A DNA stretch of 63,539 bases, the filler included, from Mycoplasmatota bacterium (GTDB taxonomy: Bacteria; Bacillota_I; Bacilli_A; RF39; UBA660), in the NCBI GenBank assembly GCA_012727915.1. It is 7 parts of 7 records of this genome, joined end to end, with 100 filler letters (N's around TTAATTAATTAA, not from the genome) between each part and the next. Parts side by side here need not be neighbours in the genome. Positions count along the whole stretch, not along the records: positions 51,562 to 61,569 come from JAAYGD010000053.1; positions 61,670 to 63,539 come from JAAYGD010000054.1; 5 more parts are not named here. One strand, 5' to 3'. Below, in pieces: positions 51,957-61,867 of the stretch. The position numbers and the translations under genes are program-made. The notes under the pieces are model-generated. The model saw only the letters and a program-made list of their open reading frames with translations. It made no database searches and was not told the origin of the DNA. Position 1 is the stretch's first letter. Each line of letters begins with the position of its first letter.

Positions 51957-53144
51957 ATGAATAAATTAGTGCAAATTAATATTGTTTGTAATGGTAGTAC
52001 TGGAAGAATAATGTGTGATATAGCGAAAAAAGCCGAAAAAGAAGGATTTCAAAGCTATATATTTTATGGTAGAGGAAATCCCAGTAAAGAGTTAAATTGT
52101 ACAAGAATAGGCAATAATTTAAGTGTTTATTTTCATGTGTTTTTAACTAGATTTTTTAATAAACACGGTCATGGGTCTTATTTTGCAACTAAAAAATTAG
52201 TTAGAGAGTTAAAAAAAATTACTCCTGATATCATTCATTTACATAATATTCATGGTTATTATATTAATTTAAAAATATTATTTAATTATTTAAAATATGA
52301 ATACAAAGGAAAGATTATATGGACATTACATGATTGTTGGTCGTTTACTGGCCATTGTACTCATTTTACAATAGTTGAATGTAATAAATGGCAAGGTAAG
52401 TGTTATAAATGTCCACAGGTTACAACTTACCCCAAAGCATTTTTAATAGATACAAGTAAAAAAGAATTTCAAACGAAAAAGAAACTATTTACAGGGTTAA
52501 ATAATTTAACTATTATAACACCATCTAAATGGTTAGCTGACTTAGTTAAAAAATCATTTTTAAATGAGTATAAAATAGAAGTAATAAACAATGGAGTGGA
52601 TTTAAATATATTTAAACCAACGTGTGATGAACGAATATATAAAAAATATAATATTCCTAAAAACAAAAAAATTATTTTAGGTGTTGCTAATATTTGGGGT
52701 GAAAGAAAAGGATTAAATGATTTTATTGAATTATCTAAAATAATTAATAATGAATATAAAATTGTATTAGTTGGAGTAAACGCTGTCGATAAAAAAAAAA
52801 TACCTGCTAATATAATATGTGTCAACAGAACTGACAATGCTATTGAATTAGCAAAATTTTATTCAGCTGCATATTGTTATGTTAATCCAACATACGAAGA
52901 TAATTATCCAACAACTAATATAGAAGCTATTTCTTGTGGAACTTACGTTATTTCATATGATACAGGAGGTTGCAAAGAACAAATAACTAATAATAACGGA
53001 TTAATTATTCAAAATAGAAATGAAAAATCATTAGCTAAAGCAATATATAATTTTAAAAAAACTAAAGTTAAATCACCTAATTTTACTATTTTTTCTAAAG
53101 AAAAAAAATATGATGAATATATTAAATTATATTCAATGAAATGA
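51957..53144 (+). CDS. GT4 glycosyltransferase
   Basis: PDIIHLHNIHG, WTLHDCW, PSKWL, RKG, EDNYPTTNIEA. Confidence 0.92.
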   Translation: MNKLVQINIVCNGSTGRIMCDIAKKAEKEGFQSYIFYGRGNPSKELNCTRIGNNLSVYFHVFLTRFFNKHGHGSYFATKKLVRELKKITPDIIHLHNIHGYYINLKILFNYLKYEYKGKIIWTLHDCWSFTGHCTHFTIVECNKWQGKCYKCPQVTTYPKAFLIDTSKKEFQTKKKLFTGLNNLTIITPSKWLADLVKKSFLNEYKIEVINNGVDLNIFKPTCDERIYKKYNIPKNKKIILGVANIWGERKGLNDFIELSKIINNEYKIVLVGVNAVDKKKIPANIICVNRTDNAIELAKFYSAAYCYVNPTYEDNYPTTNIEAISCGTYVISYDTGGCKEQITNNNGLIIQNRNEKSLAKAIYNFKKTKVKSPNFTIFSKEKKYDEYIKLYSMK

Positions 53145-53153
53145 GTTGTTATT

Positions 53154-54311
53154 ATGAAAATTTATTATGTATCAACGCTAATATCAAAAAAGAAATTAGA
53201 CTATATTTTTGAAAATTCCTCAATGAAGCCATTACAATCTGTTCAAAGATATCATCGATTATTATGCGAAGGATTGATATTTAATAATGTAGAAGTATGT
53301 GCGATATCGAGTATCCCAATATCGAGAAAAATTATGAAAAAATTATTTTGGCGTTGTAAAGATGAAAAAGAAAATAATTTAACATTTAAATATATATCGT
53401 TTATCAATATTAAATTTTTGCGACAAATATGTACATTATTTAATACAATTATGTTGGTTTTAAAAGCTATAATTAAAAGAAAGGAGAATCCAATTTTTAT
53501 TTGTGATATTTTAAACAGTACAATTGCGATATCAACTTTATTAGTTTGTAAAATATTTAGTGTAAAATGTTTGGCAGTTGTGACAGATTTGCCGAGAGAT
53601 ATTAATAATAACAAAATTAGTTCGAAGTTGAATCAATTTTTTCAAAACAAATTTGATGGTTACATTTTACTTACAAAATATATGAATAAAATAATAAATA
53701 CTAGGAATAAACCTTTCATTGTTATTGAAGGATTTGCCGATATAAAAAACTGTAATATTGAAAATAACATCAGGTACAAAGAAAAAATATGTCTTTATGC
53801 GGGAGGTTTGTACGAAAAATATGGTATAAAAACCTTAACTTCTGCTTTTCAAAAAATTGATGATAAAGAATATAAACTACATTTCTATGGAAATGGTGAT
53901 ATGGTTGATTATATTAAATGCTTAAAATCAGAAAATATTAAATATATGGGAGTATTGAAAAATAATGAAATGATAAAAAAAGAGACCCAAGCTACTCTAT
54001 TAATTAATCCAAGATTCTCTGATAATGATTATACTAAATATTCATTTCCTTCTAAAAACATAGAATATATGTCAACAGGGACTCCTGTTTTAACGACAAA
54101 GTTATTAGGTATGCCAGAAGAGTATTACAATTTTGTTTATTTTTTTGATTTAGAAACGGTAGAAGGTTTTAAGAACACTTTAAATAAAGTACTTTCTCTT
54201 TCTGCTAAAGAGTTACATAAAAAGGGAAAGCTATCTCAAAATTTTGTTTTAAAGAAAAAAAATAATTATAAACAAGGATATAATTTAAAAAAATTCTTGA
54301 TGTGTTTATAA
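53154..54311 (+). CDS. GT-B (GT4-like) glycosyltransferase
   Basis: YAGGL..KYG, LLINPR, YSFPSKNIEYMSTG.PV. Confidence 0.9.
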   Translation: MKIYYVSTLISKKKLDYIFENSSMKPLQSVQRYHRLLCEGLIFNNVEVCAISSIPISRKIMKKLFWRCKDEKENNLTFKYISFINIKFLRQICTLFNTIMLVLKAIIKRKENPIFICDILNSTIAISTLLVCKIFSVKCLAVVTDLPRDINNNKISSKLNQFFQNKFDGYILLTKYMNKIINTRNKPFIVIEGFADIKNCNIENNIRYKEKICLYAGGLYEKYGIKTLTSAFQKIDDKEYKLHFYGNGDMVDYIKCLKSENIKYMGVLKNNEMIKKETQATLLINPRFSDNDYTKYSFPSKNIEYMSTGTPVLTTKLLGMPEEYYNFVYFFDLETVEGFKNTLNKVLSLSAKELHKKGKLSQNFVLKKKNNYKQGYNLKKFLMCL

Positions 54312-54334
54312 TCTTATAAGAGGAGGGTGATAAA

Positions 54335-56929
54335 ATGAAAAAAAGATTATTTTATATTATTGCATTATTATTATGCTTATATGGAATTAATATATATATA
54401 AATACAATAATACTATTATTTCTCACTTTAGTGATGATATTTAATATTAAAAAAGATGAATTTTTCTACTTATATTTTGTGTTTTTGTTTTTTGATAACA
54501 TTTTAAAACTACCATATGATGTAGGAACAATATTTAACAGTGCGGGCACTATATTTAGAATTTATGAAATATTATTTTTAATAAGAATTTTTCTTGATAT
54601 TAAAAATAAAAAATTCAGCTTTTCTATAAATAAATTGTATTTACTGATACCAATAATTTTGATACCCACTTCTTTTTTATACAATAATATTATTGCAACA
54701 TTCTCTTTAATTATAAATTTAGTAATTCTTTTTTATATTTTTACTAATAAAAACAAGAAAGTAAATTTTTATGATAATTTATTATACATAATGGCGTTAA
54801 TTGGAGCTTTTACTGTTGTATATGGCTTATTTAGAGGAAATATAATTGATGAATTTTATTATAAACGATATTATTTTACAATAACAGATCCCAATTATTC
54901 AACTCTATTATTAAATCTTGCTTTGTTTTCAATATTAGGCAACAAGGTTGCGTATTCATATGAAAAAATTCTTGTAGTTTTATTATGTAGTATAGGGATT
55001 TTGCTAACTGTTAGTATTAGTGGCATTGCTTGTTTAATAATTTGTGCTTTAATATACTTATATATTACTAATAAAAAATGTTTTAAACTGATACTTCTGT
55101 TAATGATATTTATTGGACTTATATTTATTTCTATGCCATTAGGAGAACAAACGGTCTTATATGCAATAAGATTTAGAATCTTGAGATTTTATAATATATT
55201 TTATAATACAGATTTAAATACTTTTACTAGTTACAGATTGGAATTATTTAATAATTATTTAAAATACTTCTTCAAGAATGTTCCAATAATCAATGTTTTA
55301 TTTGGGGGATTAAATACTGTTAGTGGTCAATTTTCTGAAAATATGGTTAGTATTTATAAATATGTTTCTCATAATTCATTTATTGATATTTTGTATATGA
55401 CTGGTCTCATGGGTTTTATTTCTATCTTTGGGTTATATATTTACGAGATAATAAAAAATTTCAAAATATATGCAAAAAAGAATTATAACTCAGCAATAAA
55501 TATTTTTATGCTTAAAATTATTATTTTATTTTATTGCACGAATCTTTCTATCTTTCCTTTCAGATATTTTTTAGCAATATTCATGCTAACATTTAATGAG
55601 AAAATTTTAAACTGTACTTTAAATTATTCTGCCGAATGTATGAAATTAATAAAATCTAAAAAAACAAGAATATTATGGATTGTCAACACACTATTTCCAT
55701 ACCCAGCAAATCAATTAAATAAAAACAAATCAGTTTTTGGTGGCTGGTTAACGTCTCTACATAATCAGATAATAAAAAATGATCAATTTAACCTAGCTAT
55801 AGTCACTTCTTATAATGGTGATGAATTTAAATATTATTGTGATAAAGAAACTATTTATTACTTGATTCCATGCAAAAATCCTCAAAATTATGATCCTAAT
55901 ATAAAAGTTTACCTTAATCAAATACTTGATGATTTAAATCCAGAATTAATTCATATTCATGGGACTGAATATGCTTTTCCTAAAGCGATTTTTGAATGTG
56001 AAACCAAAATAAAAACAGTTTCTTCTATTCAAGGATTAATATCTGTATGTGGTAATTTATATAAGTCAGGAATTAGTAATAAAGAAATTATAAAATATAT
56101 TACATTAAGAGATATGTTAAAATTTGACACAATTTTTAATCAGAAGAAAAAATTTGATAATAGAGGTAAAAATGAAATCGAAATCATAAAAAAATCTGAT
56201 TATATTATTGGAAGAACTACATGGGATTACGCGCATTCATATGCTATTACGAAAAAATATAAATATTTTAAATGCAACGAAGTATTAAGAAAAGAATTTT
56301 ACAACAATTTGTGGGATATATCATCATGTATTAAACACACTATTTTCTTTAGCCAAGCAACGTATCCTATAAAAGGTTTACATTTGATGATTGAAGCTTT
56401 AAACATAGTGGTAACAAAATATCCAGACACCGTTTTATATGTTGGTGGCGATAATATATTTTCTAACAATAATATTAAAGATAAAATTAAAAAATCTGGT
56501 TATGCCTATTATATAAATTCTCTTATAAAAAAATACAATTTAAAAAATAATATTGTCTTTTCTGGATTATTATCAGAAAATCAAGTAAAAGATAAACTAT
56601 TAGAATCAAATGTATTTGTCCAAGCATCAGCAATAGAGAATAGTTCAAATGCACTAGGAGAAGCAATGTTATTAGGAATGCCTATTATTGCAACCAACGT
56701 TGGTGGAACTAGTGACATGTTGATTGATAAAAAAGAAGGATTTTTGTTCCCTTTTAATGACGAAGCTCTTTTGGCAAATTATATTATAAAAATATTTGAG
56801 GATGATAATCTTGCAAAAAATATTGGTACTGCTGCTCAAAAGCATGCTAAAAATACACATGATCCAAATAAAATTTATAATTCTATTTTTGAAATATATG
56901 ATATGATTTTAAAGGAGGAGAAAAAATGA
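54335..56929 (+). CDS. Wzy/O-antigen ligase-like membrane domain fused to GT4 glycosyltransferase
   Basis: ~11 TMs with DPNY and SHNSFIDILY..GL.G; then RILWIVN, IHIHGTE, KG, ENSSNALGEAMLLG.P. Confidence 0.85.
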   Translation: MKKRLFYIIALLLCLYGINIYINTIILLFLTLVMIFNIKKDEFFYLYFVFLFFDNILKLPYDVGTIFNSAGTIFRIYEILFLIRIFLDIKNKKFSFSINKLYLLIPIILIPTSFLYNNIIATFSLIINLVILFYIFTNKNKKVNFYDNLLYIMALIGAFTVVYGLFRGNIIDEFYYKRYYFTITDPNYSTLLLNLALFSILGNKVAYSYEKILVVLLCSIGILLTVSISGIACLIICALIYLYITNKKCFKLILLLMIFIGLIFISMPLGEQTVLYAIRFRILRFYNIFYNTDLNTFTSYRLELFNNYLKYFFKNVPIINVLFGGLNTVSGQFSENMVSIYKYVSHNSFIDILYMTGLMGFISIFGLYIYEIIKNFKIYAKKNYNSAINIFMLKIIILFYCTNLSIFPFRYFLAIFMLTFNEKILNCTLNYSAECMKLIKSKKTRILWIVNTLFPYPANQLNKNKSVFGGWLTSLHNQIIKNDQFNLAIVTSYNGDEFKYYCDKETIYYLIPCKNPQNYDPNIKVYLNQILDDLNPELIHIHGTEYAFPKAIFECETKIKTVSSIQGLISVCGNLYKSGISNKEIIKYITLRDMLKFDTIFNQKKKFDNRGKNEIEIIKKSDYIIGRTTWDYAHSYAITKKYKYFKCNEVLRKEFYNNLWDISSCIKHTIFFSQATYPIKGLHLMIEALNIVVTKYPDTVLYVGGDNIFSNNNIKDKIKKSGYAYYINSLIKKYNLKNNIVFSGLLSENQVKDKLLESNVFVQASAIENSSNALGEAMLLGMPIIATNVGGTSDMLIDKKEGFLFPFNDEALLANYIIKIFEDDNLAKNIGTAAQKHAKNTHDPNKIYNSIFEIYDMILKEEKK

Positions 56930-58110
56930 AAATTACTTTTTATTCAAATTATCTAAATCACCATCAGTTACCTATTGCAGAAGAATTTATAAAACTTGGA
57001 ATTGATTATACATTTGTTGCGACAACCCCAATAGAAGAAGAGAGAATAAAACTTGGTTATGAAGATATGAATAAGAAATATCCTTTTGTTTTAAGAGCAT
57101 ATGAAAGTCCCCAAAGCGAGCAAAAAGCTTTGGAATTATGTGTAGAATCAGATGTAATAATCTTAGGTTCTGCTCCAGAAATATATCTACAAGAAAGACT
57201 AAAACATAATAAAATTACTTTTAGATATTCAGAAAGATGTTTAAAACAAGGGCTATGGCGTTTATTAGACCCAAGATTATTGTTAAATATGTATAAAAAT
57301 AACTATAAGTTTAGACAATACCCCTTTTATTTGTTGGCAGCTAGTGCATATGCTTCTTGGGATTTTAAAGTATATGGGTCATTTGTAAATAAAAGTTATA
57401 AATGGGGGTATTTTCCCCAAAAAATTGATTATGATATAAATAAATTAATTAATCAAAAAAGAAAAAACCAAAAATTATCTCTTCTTTGGTGTGGCAGATT
57501 AATTGATTGGAAACATCCAGAAAAAGCTATATATATAGCCGAAAAATTAAAACAAGACGGTTTCAAATTTGAAATGATTTTAATTGGAACAGGTCCACTT
57601 AAAGAATTATTGGAAAATCTAATTAAAAGAAAAGACTTGAAAGACTATGTGAAACTTGTTGGAGCAATTCCAGCCTCAAATGTTAGAAAATATATGGAAG
57701 ATGCAAATATATATTTATTTACCTCTGATTACAATGAAGGATGGGGAGCTGTTTTAAACGAATCTATGAATAGTGCTTGTGCAGTAGTGGCCAGTCATGC
57801 TATAGGTTCAGTACCGTTTTTAATTAAACACAATACTAATGGACTTATTTATAAAAATAATGATATAAACTCATTGTATAAAAATGTTAAAAAGTTATTT
57901 TCAAATCAAAAATACAGAGAAAAGATATCTATCAATGCATATAATACGATTTCAGAAACTTGGAATGCTTCAAAAGCGGCGAAGAACTTTTTAACTTTAG
58001 TTAAAATACTTGAAACTAAACAAAAAAACAACTTTAAAAATGAGCCTTGCGCAAAAGCTATGCCAATTAAACAAAATAGAATGTATGGGTTGATTGTTAA
58101 TGATAAATAA
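56926..58110 (+). CDS. GT4 glycosyltransferase
   Basis: GRLIDWKH, EGWGAVLNESM; ATGA overlap. Confidence 0.92.
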   Translation: MKITFYSNYLNHHQLPIAEEFIKLGIDYTFVATTPIEEERIKLGYEDMNKKYPFVLRAYESPQSEQKALELCVESDVIILGSAPEIYLQERLKHNKITFRYSERCLKQGLWRLLDPRLLLNMYKNNYKFRQYPFYLLAASAYASWDFKVYGSFVNKSYKWGYFPQKIDYDINKLINQKRKNQKLSLLWCGRLIDWKHPEKAIYIAEKLKQDGFKFEMILIGTGPLKELLENLIKRKDLKDYVKLVGAIPASNVRKYMEDANIYLFTSDYNEGWGAVLNESMNSACAVVASHAIGSVPFLIKHNTNGLIYKNNDINSLYKNVKKLFSNQKYREKISINAYNTISETWNASKAAKNFLTLVKILETKQKNNFKNEPCAKAMPIKQNRMYGLIVNDK

Positions 58111-59392
58111 TTTAAAAAATAAAATAACCCATTCTTTGACTATGAAAAATTCTATATGGATGATAATAGCAAATATTATTCAAATGATAATAGCCCTTTT
58201 TATAAATAGAACAGTAGCTGAGTATCTTGATGTTGAAAATTATGGGATAATTAATTATGGAATTTCTTTTGTAGCCTTTTTTACTAGCTTATGCACATTG
58301 GGCTTTAATTCGATATTAATTAAAGAATTAATAAATAATAAAAATAAAAATGGCAAAATAATTGGTACTTCAGTCACATTGCGTCTTATTTCTAGTTTAA
58401 TATCAATAATATTAATTTATATTATAATCTTTCTTTTAAAAGAAAATAATAAAGAAATTGTTTTTTGTGCTTTATTACAATCGTTGGCTTTATTTTTTGA
58501 TGCATTTACTATTATCGGTTTGTGGTATCAAGCTAATTTAAAATCAAAATATGTTGCCATAACAGGTTTAGTTTCATATATAGTTGTTGCGATATATAAA
58601 CTTACTTTAGTGTATAATAAGAAATCAATATATTGGTTTGCATTTTCAAATTCGCTAACCTCTATTGTTATAGGAACAATATTAATATTTTTATATTTTA
58701 AACATAAAGGACAAAAATTTTCATTTTCACTAGAAACCGGTAAAAACCTTCTTAAAAATAGTTATCATTTTATACTTTCTGGTCTGATGATAGCAATATA
58801 TGCTCAGATCGATAAAATTATGATTGGGAGTATATTAGAAAATATATCTGCTGTTGGTCTTTACTCAGTTGCAACTACAATTATTACTTTATGGTCTTTT
58901 GTTCCTAATTCAATTGTTACAGCATTTAATCCCACTATAGTATTTGCTAAAAATGAATCTAAAGAAAAGTATATTCGTAGGTTGAAACAATTATATTCAA
59001 TAATAATATGGCTTAGTATTGCTTATGCTCTATTCATAACCATTTTTTCAAAACAAATAATTGGAATATTATATGGAAGCAAATATTTAGGAGCCACTAC
59101 TGCCTTAAATATATCAATATGGGGAGTATCATTTTCCTTTATTGGTGTTGTAAGAGAAATATGGTTAGTTAACAATAATATACAGAAATATTCCAAATGG
59201 TTTGCCATTTTAGGTGCATTGGCTAATATAATTTTAAATATATTCATGATTCCTACTTTTGGAATAGTAGGGGCTGCAATAGCAACATTTATAACTCAAT
59301 TATTAACCGGTTTAATTGCTAATTTATTTTTTAAAGAAACACGTGTTAATTTCAAATATATAATAGAGGCTATGTTATTCAAATTTAATTAA
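58100..59392 (+). CDS. wzx: Wzx flippase
   Basis: KNSIWM, YL...YG, IYAQIDKIMIG, VGLYSVA, NIILNIFMIP.FGIVGAAIAT. Confidence 0.92.
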   Translation: MINNLKNKITHSLTMKNSIWMIIANIIQMIIALFINRTVAEYLDVENYGIINYGISFVAFFTSLCTLGFNSILIKELINNKNKNGKIIGTSVTLRLISSLISIILIYIIIFLLKENNKEIVFCALLQSLALFFDAFTIIGLWYQANLKSKYVAITGLVSYIVVAIYKLTLVYNKKSIYWFAFSNSLTSIVIGTILIFLYFKHKGQKFSFSLETGKNLLKNSYHFILSGLMIAIYAQIDKIMIGSILENISAVGLYSVATTIITLWSFVPNSIVTAFNPTIVFAKNESKEKYIRRLKQLYSIIIWLSIAYALFITIFSKQIIGILYGSKYLGATTALNISIWGVSFSFIGVVREIWLVNNNIQKYSKWFAILGALANIILNIFMIPTFGIVGAAIATFITQLLTGLIANLFFKETRVNFKYIIEAMLFKFN

Positions 59393-59412
59393 ATTTTTAA
59401 AAGGAGTAATTT

Positions 59413-61293
59413 ATGAACGTTTTGTACTTATTTTTAATATTAATATCACCTTCACTGTTATTGTCATTAAAAAATAAAAAAGAAATAGGAGAAAATATAT
59501 TTCTAGCTCTAATAATATTTTTAATGTTATTATTTATAATAGGAATATTAGGATTATTACAATATTCAGTATTAATCATATCCTTTATTTCATTAGTTTG
59601 TTTTATATATAGTATATTTTGTATACATAAAAATAAACCAGTAATTAAAAATATTTTATTTAAACCATCTTTAATTTATACAATAATTTTGTTTATTTTG
59701 GCCCATTTTTTATTCAGAAATTCATTTATGAATAAATGGGATGAGTTTTCACATTGGGGAATATATGTTAAAAATATGTTTAATGAAAATGTTCTTTGGA
59801 ATAGTAATTTTACATCTGGTGCAAATGGTTACCCGCCAATTGTTTCAATATTTCAATATTTTTTAATGAAATTAAATAATTGCTTTTCTGAAGCCGATTT
59901 ATTTAAAGGGATGTTTTTGTTGTCAACTATTCCTCTTGTTTCTTTTTGCAAAAATCTAAGTTTTAAAAAACCATTAGAAATGATATTTTACATGGGGTTG
60001 TTTCTTACAATTCCAAGTATTTTATCGTATGATTATTTAAATAGTATTTATGTTGATACTGTAGTTGGAATTTTCTTTGCAGTATCTGTAATCAAATTAA
60101 TTACGAATCAAATAGAAACTTATAATTTAACAACTTATGTTTTGGCTTTAACAATACTAATCCTCATGAAATCAATAGGTATTGTAGTAGTAGGTATATT
60201 TTATTTAATACTATTAATTGATATAATTTTTATTAGAAGAAAGGAGTATATTGAATATTATAATAGCCATTTCAATAAAATCCTTGACAAAGTTAAGTTG
60301 CTAATCGTATTAGCACTACCTTTTATATTTCGCATAATATGGTCTTTATTCCTAAAATATTTTGCAGTATCATCAAAGTTAGGGAATATTTTTATAAATT
60401 ATATTAGCAAACCAACCGCTGCAATGGAGCTTAAAAGAAAAACTTATTTTCCTACTGTGATTAACGATTTCAATGCTGCAATTTTTAAAAGTAATATTGG
60501 TGGAACAAATTCTATTATATCTATACCTTCTATTTATTGGATTATTTTATTAATTATATTATCATTAATAATAATGGAATATTTAAAAAATCACGATGAT
60601 AGAAAATATTTAAAATTATCTATAATTTCAATAATAGTATCTTTTGTTCTTTATTCTGGGGCACTTTTATATTCATATTTATATTCTTTTGATATAAAAG
60701 AAGCATTAATATTAGCTTCTTTTACAAGATATATGATAACAATATTAATTGCTACTATAATGATTTTTATATTTACTGTATTTTTTATAAACTTTAAAAA
60801 TGGATTTACTAATAAAATAGTTATGTATATTGTTATGGGAATCATTATGTTTACTATAAGAATTCCAGAAATGTTAATAATATGTAAAAATGCAATTGTA
60901 GATACAAAATCATATGAAAAATTTAATGAACCGTATAAAAAAACAGATGAAATAAAAAAATATTTATCCACTGATGATAAGGTATATTATATATCATCCG
61001 AATCGGAAGGCTTTGATTATCTAGTCTTTAAATATAAACTAACGCCAAATGAAATTCAAAATTCTAATTATAGTATTTGTTCTTCATGCAGCGATGAAAA
61101 TAAAATAGCAGTTACACCAGAGAACTTTTTGGAACAACTAAAGAATTATGATTATTTATTTATTTACAAACATGATAAAGATTTTTATAATGATTATCAT
61201 AATGTATTTGAAAATTTACAAATTATAGAAAATAAAACATTATATAAAATTATAAGAATTAATAATAAAATAAAGTTAGAAAAAGTTGTGTAA
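59413..61293 (+). CDS. Polytopic membrane protein, GT-C-like (polysaccharide modification)
   Basis: ~13 TMs; first loop WDEFSHWG...GYPP; soluble C-terminal domain. Confidence 0.6.
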   Translation: MNVLYLFLILISPSLLLSLKNKKEIGENIFLALIIFLMLLFIIGILGLLQYSVLIISFISLVCFIYSIFCIHKNKPVIKNILFKPSLIYTIILFILAHFLFRNSFMNKWDEFSHWGIYVKNMFNENVLWNSNFTSGANGYPPIVSIFQYFLMKLNNCFSEADLFKGMFLLSTIPLVSFCKNLSFKKPLEMIFYMGLFLTIPSILSYDYLNSIYVDTVVGIFFAVSVIKLITNQIETYNLTTYVLALTILILMKSIGIVVVGIFYLILLIDIIFIRRKEYIEYYNSHFNKILDKVKLLIVLALPFIFRIIWSLFLKYFAVSSKLGNIFINYISKPTAAMELKRKTYFPTVINDFNAAIFKSNIGGTNSIISIPSIYWIILLIILSLIIMEYLKNHDDRKYLKLSIISIIVSFVLYSGALLYSYLYSFDIKEALILASFTRYMITILIATIMIFIFTVFFINFKNGFTNKIVMYIVMGIIMFTIRIPEMLIICKNAIVDTKSYEKFNEPYKKTDEIKKYLSTDDKVYYISSESEGFDYLVFKYKLTPNEIQNSNYSICSSCSDENKIAVTPENFLEQLKNYDYLFIYKHDKDFYNDYHNVFENLQIIENKTLYKIIRINNKIKLEKVV

Positions 61294-61374
61294 ATGAGAA
61301 ATCTTTCTATGGTAGAGTAGCAATGGAACAATTATTATAAAAGAAAATAAAAAAAGTATAAACAAAAAAACTTA

Positions 61375-61403
61375 TTGACATATTATTTTAGTAGTGGTAT
61401 ATT
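61375..61403 (+). promoter_or_regulatory. SigA promoter of rpsL operon
   Basis: TTGACA-17 bp-TATATT with TG extended -10. Confidence 0.75.
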
Positions 61404-61501
61404 ACTATTGCGATTAATTTGGGTTTTGCTAACTTTGGCAAAACTTAATTTAAGAATTAAAAAGATACACCCGGATATGTGTAAGGAAGGAGAATTATTT
61501 T

Positions 61502-61569
61502 ATGCCTACAGTAAATCAATTAGTTAGAAAAGGAAGAAGTACAAAAGTAAGAAAAAGTAAATCACCGGT
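61502..61569 (+). CDS. rpsL: 30S ribosomal protein S12, 5' fragment (not in ORF track)
   Basis: MPTVNQLVRKGRSTKVRKSKSP after AAGGAG RBS. Confidence 0.95.
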
Positions 61570-61669
61570 NNNNNNNNNNNNNNNNNNNNNNNNNNNNNNN
61601 NNNNNNNNNNNNNTTAATTAATTAANNNNNNNNNNNNNNNNNNNNNNNNNNNNNNNNNNNNNNNNNNNN
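61570..61669. other. Artificial contig spacer
   Basis: N44-TTAATTAATTAA-N44. Confidence 0.99.
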
Positions 61670-61777
61670 AATAATGGAGAATATAAAAGGGCATTAGAAT
61701 TAGTGTTAAATACTATAGATATGATTGAACCTGGAATTCATAAGAAATTACTTGGTTTGTATGAGAAAGATAGTTAG
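61670..61777 (+). CDS. ezrA: Septation ring regulator EzrA, C-terminal fragment (not in ORF track)
   Basis: NNGEYKRALELVLNTIDMIEPGIHKKLLGLYEKDS*, matching the EzrA Y..ALE......EPG terminus. Confidence 0.7.
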   Translation, partial: NNGEYKRALELVLNTIDMIEPGIHKKLLGLYEKDS

Positions 61778-61867
61778 GAGAAGTAAATAAGTTTTTGCTC
61801 TAGTTAAAGAATTACATATTTTTTTCAGAAAAAAAGTGATATAATTTTATTGTAATGGAGGAGATTT

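Noticed and set aside
14758..61669. Six identical TTAATTAATTAA motifs flanked by Ns as a biological repeat
   Set aside because: Artificial 100-bp contig linkers; adjacency across them carries no information, e.g. fibre locus next to polysaccharide locus
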